64,000 nt of DNA from Smithellaceae bacterium (GTDB taxonomy: Bacteria > Desulfobacterota > Syntrophia > Syntrophales > Smithellaceae). Under the pieces are notes generated by a model. The model worked only from the letters and a program-made list of their open reading frames with translations. It searched no databases and was not told where the DNA came from. This document shows positions 41,215 through 50,859 of this stretch, in pieces. Each line of letters opens with the position of its first letter. Position 1 is the first letter of the stretch. The position numbers and the translations under genes are program-made. The stretch is from the NCBI GenBank assembly GCA_963667845.2, contig CAXXVL010000002.1:3168001-3232000 (forward strand), written 5' to 3'.

Positions 41215-42081
41215 ATGACCAAGGATACCGAAATAGTGATTAATCAAACTCCGCCAAAGGTAAGTATCGGCATGCCTGTTTACAACGGGGCGTCGTTTAT
41301 TCGCGCGGCATTAGATTCCCTGCTTGCTCAGACCTTCAGTGATTTTGAATTGATCATTTCTGACAACGCCTCGACAGATGGTACAGAATCGATTTGCCGG
41401 GCGTATGCAGGCAAGGAATCACGAATACGGTATGTGCGGCAGCCAGCGAATCGGGGAGCAGCATTTAATTTCTCGTTTGTCTTGAGCCAGGCATCGGGAC
41501 AGTATTTTATGTGGGCGGCACATGATGACAGTTGGGACAAAGATTATATATCTTCTTGCATTAGTATCCTAGAAATCAATAGTAATGTATTTGCGTGCAC
41601 AACCAACGTTTTGATAGACGGCAACGCGTTATCATGCAGTACTTCCGGCGTTGCGCCGCTGACAGGCTCCGAATTGCAAAGAGCAATTAAGTTTTTAAAA
41701 AGCCCTGGCGCGAATTCTCGATTTTACTCAATCTATAGAACTTACTTCATTAAACAAGCATTCGTTCCTTATGATTATTTAGGAGGCGACTGGTCTAACA
41801 TCATTGATTTCTTAAAATATGGAGAATTTATTACTATCGAAGAATATTTCGGCTTCAATAAAACATTAACGGGGATGGGGAGCAGTCCAAATAGATTTTC
41901 AAAATTTAGAAGAAAGAATATCGAATTAATTCTTCCATATTATGAATTTTCAAAAAAAACGATGAACGATTTTTCTCATCCTGCGATTCTATTTTACTTG
42001 GTGAAACAAAATATGTTGGCAAACAAACAGAGAATCAAGAACATAGTGAATATAATCAAAACACTACTATTCGACAGTTGA
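41215..42081 (+). CDS. GT2 glycosyltransferase
   Basis: VSIGMPVYN, SDNASTD, WAAHDD. Confidence 0.92.
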   Translation: MTKDTEIVINQTPPKVSIGMPVYNGASFIRAALDSLLAQTFSDFELIISDNASTDGTESICRAYAGKESRIRYVRQPANRGAAFNFSFVLSQASGQYFMWAAHDDSWDKDYISSCISILEINSNVFACTTNVLIDGNALSCSTSGVAPLTGSELQRAIKFLKSPGANSRFYSIYRTYFIKQAFVPYDYLGGDWSNIIDFLKYGEFITIEEYFGFNKTLTGMGSSPNRFSKFRRKNIELILPYYEFSKKTMNDFSHPAILFYLVKQNMLANKQRIKNIVNIIKTLLFDS

Positions 42082-42186
42082 TCGAATAAATTCTTCTAAT
42101 TGCCATCTCACACAATACATGCAAAAATGACTTATTCTACAGGCTCGTTAGCTGCAAAGATGATCACACCAAAGGAGGCTATCAAA

Positions 42187-42972
42187 ATGAAAATCAAAAG
42201 CGCTATGCGCCTGTTTTTCAACACATTCGGCTATGATATTCGAAGGCTTGCACCGAAAAATACAAGAATACGAACAACCATTGGGGAGTCATACGCTTTA
42301 ATTCGTGGGCTTGGGTTTCAACCCAAAACAATTATAGATGTTGGCGTTGCGTCAGGGACACCAGAACTATACAGATCGTTCCCAGAGTGTTACTTCCTGC
42401 TGATAGAGCCACTGAAAGAGTTTGAATCAGACCTAATCGCTACCCTCAGACAATACAAAGGTTCCTATGCTTTAGCTGCAGCGGGTCCAAGATCTGGTCA
42501 GGCTACGTTCAACGTGCACAGGAACCATTTGGACGGATCGTCGCTACGCAAAGAAACTATGGGGACTGAGGCGGATGGATACGAAATCAATGTGCCACTA
42601 ATAACAATAGATGATATTCTCAAGGAAAAGCAGTTAGATGGCCCTTATCTTCTCAAAATTGATGTGCAAGGAGCTGAGCTTTCCGCGCTGGATGGGGCAG
42701 CACAAGCTCTTTTGGAAACGGAAGTGGTTGTTCTGGAAGTGTCTCTGTTTGAATTCATGGTAGGGGCTCCACAGTTCTGCGAAGTGATTTCATATATGAA
42801 AGAGCGTGATTTTGTTGTTTACGATATTATTCATGGATGGAACCGGCCCTTGGATAATGCACTTGGACAAGTTGACGTCGTTTTCGTGAAGGATAAAGGA
42901 ATGTTTAGGCGCGACCATTCCTATTCGACGGTTGAGCAGATGAAAGCGAAGTGGACTGCACTTCAAGATTAG
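42187..42972 (+). CDS. FkbM family methyltransferase
   Basis: IIDVGVASG, LKIDVQGAEL. ATG 42187 follows AAGGAGG. The C-terminus appears to be supplied by an IS end. Confidence 0.9.
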   Translation: MKIKSAMRLFFNTFGYDIRRLAPKNTRIRTTIGESYALIRGLGFQPKTIIDVGVASGTPELYRSFPECYFLLIEPLKEFESDLIATLRQYKGSYALAAAGPRSGQATFNVHRNHLDGSSLRKETMGTEADGYEINVPLITIDDILKEKQLDGPYLLKIDVQGAELSALDGAAQALLETEVVVLEVSLFEFMVGAPQFCEVISYMKERDFVVYDIIHGWNRPLDNALGQVDVVFVKDKGMFRRDHSYSTVEQMKAKWTALQD

Positions 42973-43320
42973 ACAGATTCGCTTAGAGGAGTCGGCCAAG
43001 AATTTTGGTTTTGATAGAAAGGTTCTTCAAATTCCACCGGCGGTCTGTATCCAAGCTAGGAATGCATACATTTGTGGTTGTATCCTTCCTGAATGAAAAA
43101 GGTAAGCCGAATCTGAATATCTTCCAGCGTCCGGTATTCCCAGAGGTAAACCTCTTCAACCTTGAGTGTTTTAAAAAAACTTTCCGTGGTGGCGTTGTCA
43201 TAGGGATTGCCTCTGCGGTACACGCTGATCAAAAAACTGTTTTGTTGTAGAGCCGCGACATAGTCATGGGAAACAGACTGGACGCCCCGATCCGAGTGAT
43301 GAATAACAGCCTTGGGAGGG
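42952..43320 (-). mobile_element. Truncated IS3-family element: integrase C-terminus pseudogene plus right end
   Basis: HHSDRG, GNPYDNA..ESFFKTLK.EEV, YN...HS*LGYRPP.EFE with an in-frame TAG at 43056; minus-strand terminus ...TGTCTAATCTTGAAGTGCAGTCCA ends in CA. Confidence 0.85.
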
Positions 43321-43503
43321 ATTTGAGATAAACACACCTCAGGCTTTCGTGGTATTTATTGAGCGCATTTGCAAATACTCGTGAATAGGATTGTTTCTCA
43401 AAAAGAGCAGTTTGACCACATCACAATGATCAATTATCTGAGTCAATAAATCAACCTTGTGACACTATTGTAGTCAAAAATATTATAAATAGGAATCGAA
43501 CAA

Positions 43504-44592
43504 ATGAAAAAGAAAGTGCTGCATATTTCATCCTTTCTTCAATCTTCCACGAGACACGGTGGAACACGTCGTAGCGAACAGATTCTTGAAATGCTTGAAG
43601 AGAGAGATGATGTTGACTTAATTGTTTTATCCAATGCTATCTCTTGGCAGGAAAATGTCTCCAAATATAAAAGCATTTGGATTTGCCTGTTTTCTGTTAG
43701 CAAGATTATTTCTTCTGCATTTAAACATTTTGTTGCCAGGAGGCTTACGCTGCGGGGCGTGTATCGTTATATATTTTATGGATATCCAGTTATTTGTTGT
43801 ATAAATTCGGAGAAAATAGATCTAATTGTCTTGGAGGTAGTTAAGGGAACTTCGATGGTGGTGGCAGACATTGTCAGAATTTCTGAGTTACCATACATTG
43901 TGGTACCTCATAACGTAGAGTTTCTGGTGCATGGCCAGTCGGATAATTCTTTTTTTTCCCCTGGTGATGCTTTTGACTGGGAAGTCAATATTTACAGAGG
44001 CGCAAAGCAAATACTGGCAATATCAGAATTTGATGCCGCGATTCTCCGATGCTTCGATATAAATGTCGATTTTTTACCATATTATCCATCTAAAAGCTTC
44101 TTTGACAATATTGAAATATTCAGAAAGCATAGAGAGATTAGTATAAAGGACTTCTATCTAGTGTTTGGGACTGTGTACAATGTACCTACAAGAATTGGCA
44201 TCGAACGGCTCCTGATCCAAATTATCAAATCAGTAGACTGGAAGAAAAAGGTGATCGTTGCTGGCTATGGAAGTGAAGTATTAGTGGCTTATAAAAATGA
44301 AAACATCGACGTGCGCGGCTCAATTTCTGATTCTAATTTAAACAAATTGTTAGAATCAACATTGGGGGTCATAATTCAACAACCACAGACTACCGGGTTT
44401 ATGACACGGCTTACAGAATTAAATCTATTACAAGTTCCTGTATATGTAGTGGGCCATTATGAGCAAGCCAAGCTATTGGATGATTATGGCATTCATCTCG
44501 TGAAGTCCATAGATGAGATACTGGAAAATAAAAGAGTGCCGATTCTAAAATATTTTCAGCGTCCAAGTTTAAAGCATTTAATATCAAGATGA
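43504..44592 (+). CDS. Putative GT-B glycosyltransferase (AT-rich)
   Basis: HGGTRRS, HNVE, AISEFD, TG...R..E patterns; sits inside the glycan cluster. Confidence 0.6.
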   Translation: MKKKVLHISSFLQSSTRHGGTRRSEQILEMLEERDDVDLIVLSNAISWQENVSKYKSIWICLFSVSKIISSAFKHFVARRLTLRGVYRYIFYGYPVICCINSEKIDLIVLEVVKGTSMVVADIVRISELPYIVVPHNVEFLVHGQSDNSFFSPGDAFDWEVNIYRGAKQILAISEFDAAILRCFDINVDFLPYYPSKSFFDNIEIFRKHREISIKDFYLVFGTVYNVPTRIGIERLLIQIIKSVDWKKKVIVAGYGSEVLVAYKNENIDVRGSISDSNLNKLLESTLGVIIQQPQTTGFMTRLTELNLLQVPVYVVGHYEQAKLLDDYGIHLVKSIDEILENKRVPILKYFQRPSLKHLISR

Positions 44593-45398
44593 CTCCAGAC
44601 GATGTAAGGCAAGCATGGGGTTCCACTCCTGCCCAACCGCCCTTGATCAGTGTCATTACGATTGTCCTCAACGCGGAGGAACACCTCGAACAAACGATCA
44701 AAAGTGTATTGGGGCAGACATACGGCAACATAGAATACATCGTTATTGACGGCGGTTCAACGGACCGTTCTCTGGAAATCATTAATCAATACAGGAGTCA
44801 AATAAACTATTTTATCTCTGAGAAAGATGAAGGAATCGCCGATGCCATGAATAAAGGCGCTTCTCATGCAAGTGGAAATTATCTTATCTTTCTTCATTCG
44901 GATGATTACTTCGCAAATGAAAGGAGCCTGGAAGACGCTCTCGCATTCCTGGATGAGAAAACGGATATCCTGGCATGCAGGATTCGTTTTGGGAAACAGC
45001 GCGAAATTTACGTGCCGAAAGGGTTTGGTTTTTGGACCAATTTCAAGCAAGGCATATATCATCAGGGTGCACTTTGTCGCCGGCAACTCCTTGAAGAATT
45101 AGAAGGGTTTGACACGCAATTTCGAATTGCAATGGATTATGATTTTTTTCTGAGGGCTTATCGCCGCAGTGTCGGGATCGCTAAAGCGCCCGTCATTCTA
45201 ACAGTTATGCGTGACAACGGAATCAGTTCTCTTCGGGACTGGAAGAATCTAAGTTTCCGATTTAAAGAAGAAAAAAGAGTGCACGAAAAGAATTGCCATT
45301 CACTGCCCATGGGGTTGTTGTATAAAATTTACTGGCTTCTATACCTGCCCTATCGGTACCTCTCTTACGTGACAAAACTTAGGAAGGATCGGCGCTGA
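44589..45398 (+). CDS. GT2 glycosyltransferase (WcaE-like)
   Basis: IDGGSTD, DEGIADAMNKG, FLHSDD, AMDYDF. Confidence 0.92.
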   Translation: MTPDDVRQAWGSTPAQPPLISVITIVLNAEEHLEQTIKSVLGQTYGNIEYIVIDGGSTDRSLEIINQYRSQINYFISEKDEGIADAMNKGASHASGNYLIFLHSDDYFANERSLEDALAFLDEKTDILACRIRFGKQREIYVPKGFGFWTNFKQGIYHQGALCRRQLLEELEGFDTQFRIAMDYDFFLRAYRRSVGIAKAPVILTVMRDNGISSLRDWKNLSFRFKEEKRVHEKNCHSLPMGLLYKIYWLLYLPYRYLSYVTKLRKDRR

Positions 45399-45401
45399 AT
45401 C

Positions 45402-46409
45402 ATGAACAATGATTATCGCATTATCAGTCCGATGGGCATTGGCAACGGGGCCTTCGTTGTTCATAAATTACTCGAAAAAAGGATATCCGGCTACCGGGTT
45501 ATTCCGTACAATCCATACAGAACACTATTCCCGCCGTCTCTGTTTTCTTTGGGCCGATCCAGCCATGCCGACTTGATTCATGCCGCGCCGGATTATGCCT
45601 ATTTTTTTGCGCGAAACAATGTTCCCCTGATATTAACATTTCACAACTATGTTCTGGATCGTTTTATGCGCGGTTACAGCAGCGTGGCGCAGAACATCCA
45701 TTACCAGACCGACTTGAAAGTGTTTACCCGGATGGCTATTAGAAAGGCTCACACCCTAACGGCAGTCAGCCGATTTACGGCAGATCTGGTCAGAGAAGAC
45801 CTGAAACTCACGGAAGACATCAGGGTTATCCATAACGGCGTTGATCATGAAATATTTGTTCCCAAAAAACGAACTCCCGGTATGCGAACCAAAATTATTA
45901 ATGTCCTGTTCTGCGGAAACCTCACTCGAAGAAAAGGCGCACAGTGGCTCGTCCCCATTGCGGAGAGGCTGGATCGAAACAGTAACATTCTCTATACCTC
46001 AGGGTTGCAGCCTAAAGGCATATTATTAAATCATCCTCGCCTCCAATGCCTGGGCGCGGTACCCTATCATAAAATGACCGGTGTATATCAAGATGCTGAT
46101 ATTCTGCTGTTTCCCACGGTCCGAGAGGGGTTCGGTCTGGCGGCCGCTGAAGCCATGTCCTGCGGGCTTCCCGTTGTAGCAACCAATTGTTCCTCGTTGC
46201 CGGAACTGGTCGACGACGGCAAAGGCGGTTTTTTGTGCCCAGTGGGCGATGTAGATGCATTTGCAGACAGAATCCGTTCTCTCGCCGAAAACTCCCGGTT
46301 GCGCCGTGAAATGGGAGACTATAATCGTGCAAAAGTTGAAAGGATGTTCACATTATCTCGGATGGTTACTGAGTACGAGAAATTATTCGAAGAAATTTTG
46401 TCAAAATAA
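45402..46409 (+). CDS. GT4 glycosyltransferase
   Basis: IHNGVD, RRKG, EGFGLAAAEAMSCGLPVV. Confidence 0.93.
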   Translation: MNNDYRIISPMGIGNGAFVVHKLLEKRISGYRVIPYNPYRTLFPPSLFSLGRSSHADLIHAAPDYAYFFARNNVPLILTFHNYVLDRFMRGYSSVAQNIHYQTDLKVFTRMAIRKAHTLTAVSRFTADLVREDLKLTEDIRVIHNGVDHEIFVPKKRTPGMRTKIINVLFCGNLTRRKGAQWLVPIAERLDRNSNILYTSGLQPKGILLNHPRLQCLGAVPYHKMTGVYQDADILLFPTVREGFGLAAAEAMSCGLPVVATNCSSLPELVDDGKGGFLCPVGDVDAFADRIRSLAENSRLRREMGDYNRAKVERMFTLSRMVTEYEKLFEEILSK

Positions 46410-46418
46410 CTGAATTGC

Positions 46419-47135
46419 TTATTTTCTTAACACCGCGACAAAAGTTGGGTTAATGAAAATAAATAGTCGATAAACCCATAAAGGTACCCAGGAAAGTATT
46501 CTTGCAATATGCGGATGACACTGCATGTTATACCTTAACGGCCATTTGCAGATCCGATCACTCACGAGGCTGACAGAAAATTTTTTTTTCATTTTACGCC
46601 TGAAAGCCCACCAGGTAAGTAGAAAAATATCTTCACGGTGTCTTCCCAATATTTTCAAGAGGCGATTGAATAACCCGGCAGGCAGGTAATGCAACAGAGG
46701 TATGCCATTATGGACTTCCCACGGCCATAACCGATTGGGCGTAGCCAGATAGACCAGTCCGTTATCCTTCAGAATTCGAGCCATCTCCTGCGAGTGCCCT
46801 TCCGCATCTGCTACATGCTCAATGACATGATTGCTGACGACGATGTCAAAAGACTTATCCGCAAAAGGAAACTTTTCACCACTCAATTGAATAAACTTGA
46901 ATCCGTTATAGGCAGTTCGCTGATCAATAACATCCACACTCACCACATCAAAATATTCACCTAAGTATCGGGCTATTTCGCCACTGCCAGTACCGATATC
47001 AAGTAATAAGTAATGCCTTTCCCCTTCCCCTATGCCAAACTCTCTGAGGACGCTGAGAATTTTTAAAGCTTTATTCAATCGAGAGATATTTGTCGCAAAT
47101 CCTTTAGAATGTTTGTAATAGTTTATCTCAGTCAC
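46419..47135 (-). CDS. Class I SAM-dependent methyltransferase
   Basis: LDIGTGSG, PFADKSFD, HVIEH, TPN. Confidence 0.9.
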   Translation of the reverse strand: MTEINYYKHSKGFATNISRLNKALKILSVLREFGIGEGERHYLLLDIGTGSGEIARYLGEYFDVVSVDVIDQRTAYNGFKFIQLSGEKFPFADKSFDIVVSNHVIEHVADAEGHSQEMARILKDNGLVYLATPNRLWPWEVHNGIPLLHYLPAGLFNRLLKILGRHREDIFLLTWWAFRRKMKKKFSVSLVSDRICKWPLRYNMQCHPHIARILSWVPLWVYRLFIFINPTFVAVLRK

Positions 47136-48358
47136 TTCATTCTACCTGTTTTTTCATAGACTCGCGCATATTTTCCAGCAACCACTTCCCAGTCAAATCT
47201 TTCTACCACGTGTTTGTGTGCTTCACGAGCCAAGCTGAGACATAAATCAGGATTGTCGAGAGCCCTGAGGATTGTATCGGTAAGAGCCTGTGTGTCACCT
47301 GAGGCAAAAAGTAAACCAGTCTTTTCATGCGTGATGATGTCGTGAATTACTGGAAGATCACCGGCAATCACGGGGCATCCACAGCCCATTGCCTCCACCT
47401 GCACCAACCCGAAGCCCTCCTGGTCACCACTCCTGGCAACAACGAAGGGAAACACGGCGAGTGTTGCTCTCCGATAAAGGACAGGTAATTGCACCTGCGA
47501 CATCATCCCCAGAAAATCAACTTTGTCCGATATATTTAACAAGTGTGCACGCTCCCGCAATTCTGCCTCTAAAGGACCTGCGCCTGCCACCCACAGACGC
47601 AGAGATGAATTTTTGGCCAGCAATTTTGGCATGGCTTCCAGTAAGAGACGCACACCTTTTTTTTCAACGAGACGTCCGACAAAAAGCAATTTACTTGTGC
47701 CTCGGGCGACTGTCGGATCGGGGGCAAAGAGATGTCTCAGATCAACGCCCATTGATATAACTGATACTTTATCCGGAGCAATCCCCATATCGACAACCGC
47801 TTTTTTCATGGCCTGGCTTACCACAGTCAGCGCCTTGCTTTTGTCCATGACCCAGCGTTTCACGCGCTGAAAGAAATTTCCGCGCAAGGCAAAGAGATCG
47901 CCTCCGTGCGATGTACATAAGAGAGGAATCTTCTGCTTCACCAGAATCAAACCGATAACGGCGATCAGTCCCTGAGGAATCAGCCAATGGGCATGGATCA
48001 AATCAAACCGCTCCCGACGCAATAGACGAGTCAACGCCCACAACTGGCCGATAAGAAAAAAAGGAACCAGCAGGTAGTAGAAAGGGTTTGACCGCAGTTT
48101 ATTCAGGATACCGCCGCCGTGCATCGCCAGCTTCTCACAGCGTTGAAAGAAATATGGAAAGCGGATCACATGCAGGCCGTCCAGAGATTCCACTGCCTTA
48201 CTACCAGGTGTGCGCGGGGAGAGTACGGTCACATCAAAGTGAGGGCACAAGCGGCGGCTGAGTTCAAAAATGAACGCTGGCTCCGGATCATTTTCCCATC
48301 GGGGAAAGGTAGAGGTTAAAACGAGAACGCGTGAACGGCCAGTAGCATTATCTTTCAT
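47132..48358 (-). CDS. GT4 glycosyltransferase
   Basis: HAHWLIPQG, HGGD, VGRLVEKKG, EGFGLVQVEAMGCG. Confidence 0.93.
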   Translation of the reverse strand: MKDNATGRSRVLVLTSTFPRWENDPEPAFIFELSRRLCPHFDVTVLSPRTPGSKAVESLDGLHVIRFPYFFQRCEKLAMHGGGILNKLRSNPFYYLLVPFFLIGQLWALTRLLRRERFDLIHAHWLIPQGLIAVIGLILVKQKIPLLCTSHGGDLFALRGNFFQRVKRWVMDKSKALTVVSQAMKKAVVDMGIAPDKVSVISMGVDLRHLFAPDPTVARGTSKLLFVGRLVEKKGVRLLLEAMPKLLAKNSSLRLWVAGAGPLEAELRERAHLLNISDKVDFLGMMSQVQLPVLYRRATLAVFPFVVARSGDQEGFGLVQVEAMGCGCPVIAGDLPVIHDIITHEKTGLLFASGDTQALTDTILRALDNPDLCLSLAREAHKHVVERFDWEVVAGKYARVYEKTGRMK

Positions 48359-48681
48359 AGAGTCTCATTTAAGTTTTCTTCCATCCTGTTAAACACTACT
48401 TGAGAGAAGCCAGGAATTTAGGGCAGAGTAGCATTTCCTCAAAGGAAAGTAAATGTCCGCCCCACCTGATTTTTATCGTTATAGCCGTTTACATCTTATT
48501 GAATCAAAAAGACGCAAATGGCGATCTCAAGACCACTCTGCGCCATGCATCAAACTGACTTGCGGCTTTCTCTTCGCATCTCGGGAAATTGTCGCTGACC
48601 ACAATCAAAAGTCATTGACTTTAATTCCCATATTTTCATAGGATGTCTCGCTTCAATTCGCAACATTTTAAGGCTGATCAT

Positions 48682-50754
48682 ATGTTGACAAAAGAGAATG
48701 GCTTTAAACTACCCATTCGATGCAAATTCCCGGATGCCTATAAATACGCCTTTGCCTTTATTTCGCTGTTAATCATTTTGACAGCCATTTATTCCAACAG
48801 CTTTTACGGTGAGTGGCATTACGATGATTTTGCAAATATAGTCGACAATCCTCATATACAGATGAAATCATTTTCCTGGTCTGAAGTTAAACAATGTGTG
48901 TCCGGCATATATCAGGAGAGGCTATCACGACCATTGTCGTATTTCAGCTTTGCCCTTAATTATCGGTTAGGAGGAATGGATGTTTTCGGATTTCATATTG
49001 TTAATTTCGTCATCCATTATCTTTCATCCGTTTTTCTTTTTCTTTTCATTTACAATACGCTTAAACTTCCCTTATTGCGCAATAAGTATTCTACAATTGC
49101 CTATCCTTTGGCACTGCTTGCCACACTCTTTTGGGCGATTCATCCCCTTTTTGTCACGTCGGTCACTTACATCGTGCAGCGCATGGCTTCCATGGCCGGT
49201 ATGTTTTATATCCTGTCCATGTATTGCTATCTCAAGGCGCGAACAGCTAAAAACACGGGATCTTCAATCGCCCTCTTCAGCGGTTGCTTTCTTTCGGGTT
49301 TGGCCTCTCTGTTTTCCAAAGAAAATGCTGCCATGCTGCCCGTCAGTATCGTTCTGTTCGATCTAATCTTGATTCAAGGGGTTACCAAGGAAAATATCAA
49401 GAGATTCAGTAAAATTATCCTAATTCCTCTTCTGATGTTTTCTATCATCGGGCTGATTTACACGGGCGGTTTTTCCAATGCTCTTAGCGGATATGAAATA
49501 AGAGACTTTTCGATGGTGCAAAGACTCTTGACGGAACCGCGTGTTATCCTGTTTTATCTTACGCTATTGTTTTACCCGGTTGGTTCGCGGCTCGCCTTGC
49601 TTTACGATATCGATGTTTCTCATTCTATCTTTGAACCCTGGACAACGCTGCCTTCCATTCTATTGATTGTACTGATCATCGGTTTTGCTTTTTACATGGC
49701 AAGAAAACGCCCGTTGATTTCGTTTTGCATATTATTTTACTTTCTAAACCATCTCATTGAAGGTTCCCTCCTGCCGTTAGAATTGATTTACGAACATCGT
49801 AATTACCTGCCGGCGATGATGTTGTTTATACCGCTGGCGGAGTTCGTTATTTTTGCGTTGAACTATTTTTCTTCTAAGAGAATAATTCAGTTTGTTGTTG
49901 CTGCAGTCATCATTGTGATCCTGGTCGGTGAAGGTAATATCACTTACAACCGAAATAAGATAGTCGCTGACGATTTCCATTTGTGGATGGACAATATTGA
50001 AAAATATCCCCTCCTGAGCAGGCCCCATTCAAACCTGGGCAGAATATACTTTAACTTGGGGGAAAAAGCGAAAGCGTTCAGGGAGTACGAAACAGCGATG
50101 AATTTAAATAAATTTGAGAACAAGGCCATACGGGCTGTCCAGGAATCCAATCTGGGGCTTTATTATTTTGAGGAAATGAAGGATAACCTGGCCATGGGCT
50201 ATTTTAAAAAATCTTCCGAATACCTTCCTGAATATATTTATAACATCACCTACCCGGTAAAAATAAAACTGCGGCAAAATAAAATGAATGACGCCCTCAG
50301 AATGATTCAGAATAAATATAATACGTATCCTGATAACCGTGAAATAATAGAATTGTATGGTATGATCTGTCTGAAAAATGGAGAGATTGATGCGGCTCAA
50401 ACACTTGCGCGCAAAAGCCTGGCCAAAAATCCCAATTCCCTGCCGGCTCTCATGATCATTGCGGAAACATGCCGTATGAAAAATAACTATGCCTGCGCCA
50501 TCGCGAATTGGGAGTCAATCAAGAAGATTGCTCCTCAAAATTCCTTTGCCAATCTCGCGCTTGTCGATTTATATGCGAAAATGAAAGACACGAAAAGACT
50601 GAACCACGAGATCCGGATTTTATATTATTTACAAGGCACTTCTAATCTGGATGAATACATAAAATCACTGACCACAGATGAAAAGTTGCTGATTTATCTT
50701 CCGCAAGTTGAGAATTACGCATTTATAAGGAAGAAATGTCTCGAAATTAATTGA
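48682..50754 (+). CDS. TMTC-like GT-C membrane glycosyltransferase with C-terminal TPRs (copy 1)
   Basis: YDD after TM1, RPL, FHIVNF.IH, HPL...SVTYIVQR, SKE, YEHRNYLP, about 11 TMs, TPR-like helices. Start taken at ATG 48682 by comparison with the paralog. Confidence 0.8.
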   Translation: MLTKENGFKLPIRCKFPDAYKYAFAFISLLIILTAIYSNSFYGEWHYDDFANIVDNPHIQMKSFSWSEVKQCVSGIYQERLSRPLSYFSFALNYRLGGMDVFGFHIVNFVIHYLSSVFLFLFIYNTLKLPLLRNKYSTIAYPLALLATLFWAIHPLFVTSVTYIVQRMASMAGMFYILSMYCYLKARTAKNTGSSIALFSGCFLSGLASLFSKENAAMLPVSIVLFDLILIQGVTKENIKRFSKIILIPLLMFSIIGLIYTGGFSNALSGYEIRDFSMVQRLLTEPRVILFYLTLLFYPVGSRLALLYDIDVSHSIFEPWTTLPSILLIVLIIGFAFYMARKRPLISFCILFYFLNHLIEGSLLPLELIYEHRNYLPAMMLFIPLAEFVIFALNYFSSKRIIQFVVAAVIIVILVGEGNITYNRNKIVADDFHLWMDNIEKYPLLSRPHSNLGRIYFNLGEKAKAFREYETAMNLNKFENKAIRAVQESNLGLYYFEEMKDNLAMGYFKKSSEYLPEYIYNITYPVKIKLRQNKMNDALRMIQNKYNTYPDNREIIELYGMICLKNGEIDAAQTLARKSLAKNPNSLPALMIIAETCRMKNNYACAIANWESIKKIAPQNSFANLALVDLYAKMKDTKRLNHEIRILYYLQGTSNLDEYIKSLTTDEKLLIYLPQVENYAFIRKKCLEIN

Positions 50755-50859
50755 CGTATAAAACGATGGATAAATTGCTTGTTTTTGCGAAAATATTACT
50801 ATTTGAATGCCGCTCCGACAAGGACATTGAATTGGTATTTATCGAGTAAGGTGAATGTT

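Noticed and set aside
43005..43250. 81-aa plus-strand ORF
   Set aside because: It is the antisense shadow of the IS3 integrase remnant.
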